NCBI GenBank assembly: GCA_964016885.1
Contig: OZ024742.1
Coordinates: forward strand, 331,576,001-331,640,000
Direction: 5' to 3'
Source of the DNA: Eledone cirrhosa
Lineage: Eukaryota
Length of the DNA stretch: 64,000 bases
Below, one piece after another: positions 55,301 through 64,000 of the stretch. The notes beneath the pieces are model-generated. The model searched no databases, was not told the DNA's origin, and was given only the letters and a program-made list of their open reading frames with translations. Both the position numbers and the translations under genes were made by a program. The number at the start of each line of letters is the position of its first letter. The stretch's first letter is position 1.

Positions 55301-58300
55301 AGGTTGTTTTTGCAGAAGAGAGGATTTAGTGGCAGTTGGGGTGAACACTGAACACTGAATATTGAATATTGAAGGTTATTTTTGCAGAAGAGAGGATTTA
55401 GGGGCAGTAGGGGTGAACACTGAACACTGAATTTTGAATATTGAAGTTTATTTTTGCAGAAGAGAGGATTTAGTGGCAGTTAGGGTGAACACTGAACACT
55501 GAATATTGAATATTGAAGGTTATTTTTGCAGAAGAGAGGATTTAGTGGCAGTTGGGGTGAACACTGAACACTGAATATTGAATATTGAAAGTTATTTTTG
55601 CAGAAGAGAGGATTTAGTGGCAGTTGGGGTGAACACTGAACACTGAATATTGAATATTGAAGTTTATTTTTGCAGAAGAGAGGATTTAGTGACAGTTGGG
55701 GTGAACACTGAACACTGAATATTGAATATTGAAGGTTATTTTTGCAGAAGAGAGGATTTAGTGGCAGTTGGGGTGAACACTGAACACTGAATATTGAATA
55801 TTGAAGGTTATTTTTGCAGAAGAGAGGATTTAGTGGCAGTTGGGGTGAACACTGAACACTGAATATTGAATATTGAAGGTTATTTTTGCAGAAGAGAGGA
55901 TTTAGTGGCAGTTTTGGTGAACAATGAACACTGAACACTGAATATTGAAGGTTATCTTTGCAGAAGAGAGGATTTAGTGGCAGTTGGGGTGAACACTGAA
56001 CACTGAATATTGAATATTGAAGGTTATTTTTGCAGAAGAGAGGATTTAGTGGCAGTTGGGGTGAACACTGAACACTGAACACTGAATATTGAAGGTTATT
56101 TCTGGCAGAAGAGAGGATTTAGTGGCAGTTAGGGTGAACACTGAACACTGAATATTGAATATTGAAGGTTATTTTTGGCAGAAGAGAGGATTTAGTGGCA
56201 GTTGGGGTTAACACTGAACACTGAATATTGAAGGTTATTTTTGCAGAAGAGAGGATTTAGTGGCAGTTGGGGTGAACACTGAACACTGATCACTGAATAT
56301 TGAAGGTTATTTTTGGCAGACGAGAGGATTTAGTGGCAGTTGGGGTGAACACTGAACACTGAATATTGAATATTGAAGGTTATTTTTGGCAGAAGAGAGG
56401 ATTTAGTGGCAGTTGGGGTGAACACTGAACACTGAATATTGAATATTGAAGGTTATTTTTGCAGAAGAGAGGATTTAGTGGCAGTTGGGGTGAACACTGA
56501 ACACTGAATATTGAATATTGAAGATTATTTTTGCATAAGAGAGGATTTAGTGGCAGTTGGGTGAACACTGAACGCTGAACACTGAATATTGAGGGTTCTT
56601 TTTGCAGAAGAGAGGATTTAGTGACAGTTGGGGTGAACACTGAACACTGAATATTGAAGGTTATTTTTGGCAGAAGAGAGGATTTAGTGGCAGTTGGGGT
56701 GAACACTGAACACTGAATATTGAATATTGAAGGTTATTTTTGGCAGAAGAGAGGATTTAGTGGCAGTTGGGGTGAACACTGAACACTGATTATTGAAGGT
56801 TATTTTTGGCAGAAGAGAGGATTTAGTGGCAGTTTGGGTGAACACTGAACACTGAATATTGAATATTGAAGGTTATTTTTGGCAGAAGAGAGGATTTAGT
56901 GGCAGTTGGGGTGAACACTGAACACTGAATATTGAAGGTTATTTTTGGCAGAAGATAGGATTTAGTGGCAGTTGGGGTGAACACTGAACACTGAACACTG
57001 AATATTGAAGGTTATTTTTGGCAGAAGAGAGGATTTAGTGGCAGTTGGGGTGAACACTGAACACTGAATATTGAAGGTTATTTTTGCAGAAGAGAGGATT
57101 TATGGCAGTTGGGGTGAACACTGAACACTGAACACTGAATATTGAAGGTTATTTTTGCAGAAGAGAGGGTTTAGTGGCAGTTGGGGTGTACACTGTACAC
57201 TGAATATTGAATATTGAAGGTTATTTTTGGCAGAAGAGAGCATTTAGTGTCAGTTTGGGTGAACACTGAACACTGAATATTGAAGGTTATTTTTGGCAGA
57301 AGAGAGGATTTAGTGGCAGTTTGGGTGAACACTGAACACTGAATATTGAATATTGAAGGTTATTTTTGGCAGAAGAGAGGATTTAGTGGCAGTTGGGGTG
57401 AACACTGAACACTGAATATTGAATATTGAAGGTTATTTTTGGCAGAAGAGAGGATTTAGTGGCAGTTGGGGTGAACACTGAACACTGAATATTGAAGGTT
57501 ATTTTTGTCAGAAGAGATGATTTAGTTGCAGTTGGGATGAACACTGAACACTGAATATTGAAGGTTATTTTTGCAGAAGAGAGGATTTAGTGGCAGTTGG
57601 GGTGAACACTGAACACTGAATATTGAATATTGAAGGTTATTTTTGGCAGAAGAGAGGATTTAGTGGCAGTTGGGGTGAACACTGAACACTGAATATTGAA
57701 GGTTGTTTTTGCAGAAGAGAGGATTTAGTGGCAGTTGGGGTGAACACTGAACACTGAATATTGAATATTGAAGGTTATTTTTGCAGAAGAGAGGATTTAG
57801 GGGCAGTAGGGCTGAACACTGAACACTGAATTTTGAATATTGAAGTTTATTTTTGCAGAAGAGAGGATTTAGTGGCAGTTAGGGTGAACACTGAACAATG
57901 AATATTGAATATTGAAGGTTATTTTTGCAGAAGAGAGGATTTAGTGGCAGTTGGGGTGAACACTGAACACTGAATATTGAATATTGAAGGTTATTTCTGC
58001 AGAAGAGAGGATTTAGTGGCAGTTGGGGTGAACACTGAACACTGAATATTGAATATTGAAGGTTATTTTTGCAGAAGAGAGGATTTAGTGGCAGTTGGGG
58101 TGAACAATGAACACTGAACGCTGAATATTGAAGGTTATTTTTGCAGAAGAGAGGATTTAGCGGCAGTTGGGGTGAACACTGAACACTGAATATTGAATAT
58201 TGAAGGTTATTTTTGCAGAAGAGAGGATTTAGTGGCAGTTGGGGTGAACACTGAACACTGAACACTGAATATTGAAGGTTATTTCTGGCAGAAGAGAGGA

Positions 58301-61300
58301 TTTAGTGGCAGTTAGGGTGAACAATGAACACTGAATATTGAATATTGAAGGTTATTGTTGGCAGAAGAGAGGATTTAGTGGCAGTTGGGTTGAACACTGA
58401 ACACTGAATATTGAAGGTTATTTTTGCAGAAGAGAGGATTTAGTGGCAGTTGGGGTGAACACTGAACACTGAACACTGAATATTGAAGGTTATTTTTGGC
58501 AGACGAGAGGATTTAGTGGCAGTTGGGGTGAACACTGAACACTGAATATTGAATAATGAAGGTTATCTTTGGCAGAAGAGAGGATTTAGTGGCAGTTGGG
58601 CTGAACACTGAACACTGAATATTGAATATTGAATGTTATCTTTGGCAGAAGAGAGGATTTAGTGGCAGTTGGGTGAACACTGAACACTGAACACTGAATA
58701 TTGAAGGTTCTTTTTGTAGAAGAGAGGATTTAGTGGCAGTTGGGGTGAACATTAAACACTGAATATTGAAGGTTATTTTTGGCAGAAGAGAGGATTTAGT
58801 GGCAGTTGGGGTGAACACTGAACATTGAATATTGAATATTGTAGGTTATTTTTGCAGAAGAGAGGATTTAGTGGCAGTAGGGGTGAACGCTGAACACCGA
58901 ATTTTGAATATTGAAGTTTATTTTTGCAGAAGAGAGGATTTAGTGGCAGTTGGGGTGAACACTGAACACTGAATATTGAATATTGAAGGTTATTTTTGCA
59001 GAAGAGAGGATTTAGTGGCAGTTGGGGTGAACACTGAACACTGAATATAGAATATTGAAGGTTATTTTTGGCAGAAGAGAGGATTTAGTGGCAGTTGGGG
59101 TGAACACTGAACACTGAATATTGAAGGTTATTTTTGGCAGAAGAGATGATTTAGTTGCAGTTGGGATGAACACTGAACACTGAATATTGAAGGTTATTTT
59201 TGCAGAAGAGAGGATTTAGTGGCAGTTGGGGTGAACACTAAACACTGAATATTGAATATTGAAGGATATTTTTGGCAGAAGAGAGGATTTAGTGGCAGTT
59301 GGGGTGAACACTGAACACTGAATATTGAAGGTTGTTTTTGCAGAAGAGAGGATTTAGTGGCAGTAGGGCTGAACACTGAACACTGAATTTTGAAGGTTAT
59401 TTTTGCAGAAGAGAGGATTTAGGGGCAGTAGGGCTGAACACTGAACACTGAATTTTGAATATTGAAGTTTATTTTTGCAGAAGAGAGGATTTAGTGGCAG
59501 TTAGGGTGAACACTGAACACTGAATATTGAATATTGAAGGTTATTTTTGCAGAAGAGAGGATTTAGTGGCAGTTGGGGTGAACACTGAACACTGAATATT
59601 GAATATTGAAGGTTATCTTTGCAGAAGAGAGGATTTAGGGGCAGTAGGGCTGAACACTGAACACTGAATTTTGAATATTGAAGTTTATTTTTGCAGAAGA
59701 GAGGATTTAGTGGCAGTTAGGGTGAACACTGAACACTGAATATTGAATATTGAAGGTTATTTTTGCAGAAGAGAGGATTTAGTGGCAGTTGGGGTGAACA
59801 CTGAACACTGAATATTGAATATTGAAAGTTATTTTTGCAGAAGAGAGGATTTAGTGGCAGTTGGGGTGAACACTGAACACTGAATATTGAATATTGAAGT
59901 TTATTTTTGCAGAAGAGAGGATTTAGTGACAGTTGGGGTGAACACTGAACACTGAATATTGAATATTGAAGGTTATTTTTGCAGAAGAGAGGATTTAGTG
60001 GCAGTTGGGGTGAACACTGAACACTGAATATTGAATATTGAAGGTTATTTTTGCAGAAGAGAGGATTTAGTGGCAGTTGGGGTGAACACTGAACACTGAA
60101 TATTGAATATTGAAGGTTATTTTTGCAGAAGAGAGGATTTAGTGGCAGTTGGGGTGAACAATGAACACTGAACACTGAATATTGAAGGTTATTTTTGCAG
60201 AAGAGAGGATTTAGTGGCAGTTTGGGTGAACACTGAACACTGAATATTGAATATTGAAGGTTATTTTTGCAGAAGAGAGGATTTAGTGGCAGTTGGGGTG
60301 AACACTGAACACTGAATATTGAAGGTTGTTTTTGCAGAAGAGAGGATTTAGTGGCAGTTGGGGTGAACACTGAACACTGAATATTGAATATTGAAGGTTA
60401 TTTTTGCAGAAGAGAGGATTTAGGGGCAGTAGGGGTGAACACTGAACACTGAATTTTGAATATTGAAGTTTATTTTTGCAGAAGAGAGGATTTAGTGGCA
60501 GTTAGGGTGAACACTGAACACTGAATATTGAATATTGAAGGTTATTTTTGCAGAAGAGAGGATTTAGTGGCAGTTGGGGTGAACACTGAACACTGAATAT
60601 TGAATATTGAAAGTTATTTTTGCAGAAGAGAGGATTTAGTGGCAGTTGGGGTGAACACTGAACACTGAATATTGAATATTGAAGTTTATTTTTGCAGAAG
60701 AGAGGATTTAGTGACAGTTGGGGTGAACACTGAACACTGAATATTGAATATTGAAGGTTATTTTTGCAGAAGAGAGGATTTAGTGGCAGTTGGGGTGAAC
60801 ACTGAACACTGAATATTGAATATTGAAGGTTATTTTTGCAGAAGAGAGGATTTAGTGGCAGTTGGGGTGAACACTGAACACTGAATATTGAATATTGAAG
60901 GTTATTTTTGCAGAAGAGAGGATTTAGTGGCAGTTTTGGTGAACAATGAACACTGAACACTGAATATTGAAGGTTATCTTTGCAGAAGAGAGGATTTAGT
61001 GGCAGTTGGGGTGAACACTGAACACTGAATATTGAATATTGAAGGTTATTTTTGCAGAAGAGAGGATTTAGTGGCAGTTGGGGTGAACACTGAACACTGA
61101 ACACTGAATATTGAAGGTTATTTCTGGCAGAAGAGAGGATTTAGTGGCAGTTAGGGTGAACACTGAACACTGAATATTGAATATTGAAGGTTATTTTTGG
61201 CAGAAGAGAGGATTTAGTGGCAGTTGGGGTTAACACTGAACACTGAATATTGAAGGTTATTTTTGCAGAAGAGAGGATTTAGTGGCAGTTGGGGTGAACA

Positions 61301-62120
61301 CTGAACACTGATCACTGAATATTGAAGGTTATTTTTGGCAGACGAGAGGATTTAGTGGCAGTTGGGGTGAACACTGAACACTGAATATTGAATATTGAAG
61401 GTTATTTTTGGCAGAAGAGAGGATTTAGTGGCAGTTGGGGTGAACACTGAACACTGAATATTGAATATTGAAGGTTATTTTTGCAGAAGAGAGGATTTAG
61501 TGGCAGTTGGGGTGAACACTGAACACTGAATATTGAATATTGAAGATTATTTTTGCATAAGAGAGGATTTAGTGGCAGTTGGGTGAACACTGAACGCTGA
61601 ACACTGAATATTGAGGGTTCTTTTTGCAGAAGAGAGGATTTAGTGACAGTTGGGGTGAACACTGAACACTGAATATTGAAGGTTATTTTTGGCAGAAGAG
61701 AGGATTTAGTGGCAGTTGGGGTGAACACTGAACACTGAATATTGAATATTGAAGGTTATTTTTGGCAGAAGAGAGGATTTAGTGGCAGTTGGGGTGAACA
61801 CTGAACACTGATTATTGAAGGTTATTTTTGGCAGAAGAGAGGATTTAGTGGCAGTTTGGGTGAACACTGAACACTGAATATTGAATATTGAAGGTTATTT
61901 TTGGCAGAAGAGAGGATTTAGTGGCAGTTGGGGTGAACACTGAACACTGAATATTGAAGGTTATTTTTGGCAGAAGATAGGATTTAGTGGCAGTTGGGGT
62001 GAACACTGAACACTGAACACTGAATATTGAAGGTTATTTTTGGCAGAAGAGAGGATTTAGTGGCAGTTGGGGTGAACACTGAACACTGAATATTGAAGGT
62101 TATTTTTGCAGAAGAGAGGA
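52348..62120 (+). repeat. Tandem block duplication, period 5022 bp (~52348-57369 and ~57370-62120), each copy containing an internal 785-bp (11-monomer) repeat
   Basis: Six identical ORF pairs at offset 5022 (52857/57879, 53614/58636, 54172/59194, 54695/59717, 55480/60502, 56380/61402). TTTTGTCAGAAGAGATGA occurs at 52485/57507. The internal offset 54695/55480 = 785 = 10x72+65. Confidence 0.95.
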
Positions 62121-63520
62121 TTTAGTGGCAGTTGGGGTGAACACTGAACACTGAACACTGAATATTGAAGGTTATTTTTGCAGAAGAGAGGGTTTAGTGG
62201 CAGTTGGGGTGAACACTGAACACTGAATATTGAATATTGAAGGTTATTTTTGGCAGAAGAGAGGATTTAGTGGCAGTTTGGGTGAACACTGAACACTTAA
62301 TATTGAATATTGAAGGTTATTTTTGGCAGAAGAGAGGATTTAGTGGCAGTTGGGGTGAACACTGAACACTGAATATTGAAGGTTATTTTTGGCAGAAGAT
62401 AGGATTTAGTGGCAGTTGGGGTGAACATTGAACACTGAATATTGAATATTGAAGGTTATTTTTGCAGAAGAGAGGATTTAGTGACAGTTGGGGTGAACAC
62501 TGAACACTGAATATTGAATATTGAAGGTTATTTTTGCAGAAGAGAGGATTTAGTGGCAGTTGGGGTGAACACTGAACACTGAATATTGAATATTGAAGGT
62601 TATTTTTGCAGAAGAGAGGATTTAGTGGCAGTTGGGGTGAAAACTGAACACTGGATATTGAATATTGAAGGTTATTTTTGCAGAAGAGAGGATTTAGTGG
62701 CAGTTTTGGTGAACAATGAACACTGAATATTGAAGGTTATTTTTGGCAGAAGAGAGGATTTAGTGGCAGTTGGGGTGAACACTGAACACTGAATATTGAA
62801 TATTGAAGGTTAATTTTGGCAGAAGAGAGGATTTAGTGGCAGTTGGGGTGAACACTGAACACTGATTATTGAAGGTTATTTTTGGCAGAAGAGAGGATTT
62901 AGTGGCAGTTTGGGTGAACACTGAACACTGAATATTGAATATTGAAGGTTATTTTTGGCAGAAGAGAGGATTTAGTGGCAGTTGGGGTGAACACTGAACA
63001 CTGAATATTGAAGGTTATTTTTGGCAGAAGATAGGATTTAGTGGCAGTTGGGGTGAACACTGAACACTGAACACTGAATATTGAAGGTTATTTTTGGCAG
63101 AAGAGAGGATTTAGTGGCAGTTGGGGTGAACACTGAACACTGAATATTGAAGGTTATTTTTGCAGAAGAGAGGATTTAGTGGCAGTTGGGGTGAACACTG
63201 AACACTGAACACTGAATATTGAAGGTTATTTTTGCAGAAGAGAGGGTTTAGTGGCAGTTGGGGTGAACACTGAACACTGAATATTGAATATTGAAGGTTA
63301 TTTTTGGCAGAAGAGAGGATTTAGTGGCAGTTTGGGTGAACACTGAACACTGAATATTGAATATTGAAGGTTATTTTTGGCAGAAGAGAGGATTTAGTGG
63401 CAGTTGGGGTGAACACTGAACACTGAATATTGAAGGTTATTTTTGGCAGAAGATAGGATTTAGTGGCAGTTGGGGTGAACATTGAACACTGAATATTGAA
63501 TATTGAAGGTTATTTTTGGC
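61750..63520 (+). repeat. Block repeat of ~0.7 kb at offset 1054 bp
   Basis: TGATTATT at 61809/62863, and GATAGG...GTGAACATTGAACAC at 62401/63455. Confidence 0.8.
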
Positions 63521-64000
63521 AGAAGAGAGGATTTAGTGGCTGTTGGGGTGAACACTGAACACTGAATATTGAATATTGAAGGTTATTTTTGGCAGAAGAG
63601 AGGATTTAGTGGCAGTTGGGGTGAACAATGAACACTGAATATTGAAGGTTATTTTTGGCAGAAGAGATGATTTAGTTGCAGTTGGGATGAACACTGAACA
63701 CTGAATATTGAAGGTTATTTTTGCAGAAGAGAGGATTTAGTGGCAGTTGGGGTGAACACTGAACACTGAATATTGAATATTGAAGGTTATTTTTGGCAGA
63801 AGAGAGGATTTAGTGGCAGTTGGGGTTAACACTGAACACTGAATATTGAAGGTTGTTTTTGCAGAAGAGAGGATTTAGTGGCAGTTGGGGTGAACACTGA
63901 ACACTGAATATTGAATATTGAAGGTTATTTTTGCAGAAGAGAGGATTTAGTGGCAGTTGGGGTGAACACTGAACACTGAATATTGAATATTGAAGATTAT

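Larger units (their letters stand above)
1..64000 (+). repeat. Tandem satellite DNA array, 59-87-bp monomers (modal 65-73 bp) with nested 7-bp subrepeats; continues past both window edges
   Basis: Every line matches GAAGAGAGGATTTAGTGGCAGTTGGGG(TGAACAC)n(TGAATAT)mTGAAGGTTATTTTT(G)GCA with only isolated substitutions or 1-2-bp indels. The first monomer is 87 bp (GAGGATTT at 1 and 88). The ORF-track peptide periods of 24 aa and 22 aa match 72-bp and 66-bp monomers. Confidence 0.99.

Noticed and set aside
866-61728. Minus-strand ORFs up to 224 aa as a Cys/Pro/Asn-rich repeat protein
   Set aside because: They have no unique N- or C-terminal sequence, and the starts examined are alternative codons inside repeats. 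The frame switches whenever a 59-, 65- or 73-bp monomer occurs, and no codon-position bias is evident. They follow from the satellite period.
1-64000. CRISPR array (constant repeat plus variable segment)
   Set aside because: The variable parts are just different numbers of the same heptamers, not unique spacers. There is no leader or cas gene.
1-64000. Transposon, rDNA/5S, tRNA or snRNA tandem gene array
   Set aside because: There are no terminal repeats, target-site duplications or coding domains. I recognise no Pol III box, and the C-poor monomer cannot form a cloverleaf or long stems despite its tRNA-like length.
1-64000. Assignment as centromeric DNA or to a named satellite family or species
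   Set aside because: I recognise no CENP-B box or known consensus. Function and taxon cannot be read from sequence alone and need a database search and ChIP data.
1-64000. Monomer order as a functional code or phase-variation cassette system
   Set aside because: The order is adequately explained by nested duplication history. No recombinase, expression site or unique flanking sequence is present.

Overview
The whole 64 kb window is one uninterrupted, head-to-tail tandem satellite array, all in one orientation. I found no unique sequence, inversion, transposon insertion, RNA gene or credible protein-coding gene. Monomer (+ strand): GAAGAGAGGATTTAGTGGCAGTTGGGG-(TGAACAC)1-3-(TGAATAT)1-3-TGAAGGTTATTTTT(G)GCA. 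This is a 44/45-bp constant core plus 2-6 internal 7-bp subrepeats, giving lengths of mainly 59, 65/66, 72/73, 79 and 87 bp, and roughly 900 monomers (64,000/~70, estimated rather than counted). The 72-bp consensus is 37.5% GC, has a strong G-over-C skew (21 G vs 6 C) and contains no CpG. All ORFs in the track are minus-strand by-products of runs of monomers whose length is a multiple of 3. The informative structure is evolutionary: three zones with different diagnostic variants, a recurrent 5-monomer cassette, and many nested, near-identical block duplications (210 bp to 6.07 kb). It looks like eukaryotic heterochromatic satellite DNA, but I cannot name the family or organism. I found no evidence of a gene-encoded novel system.
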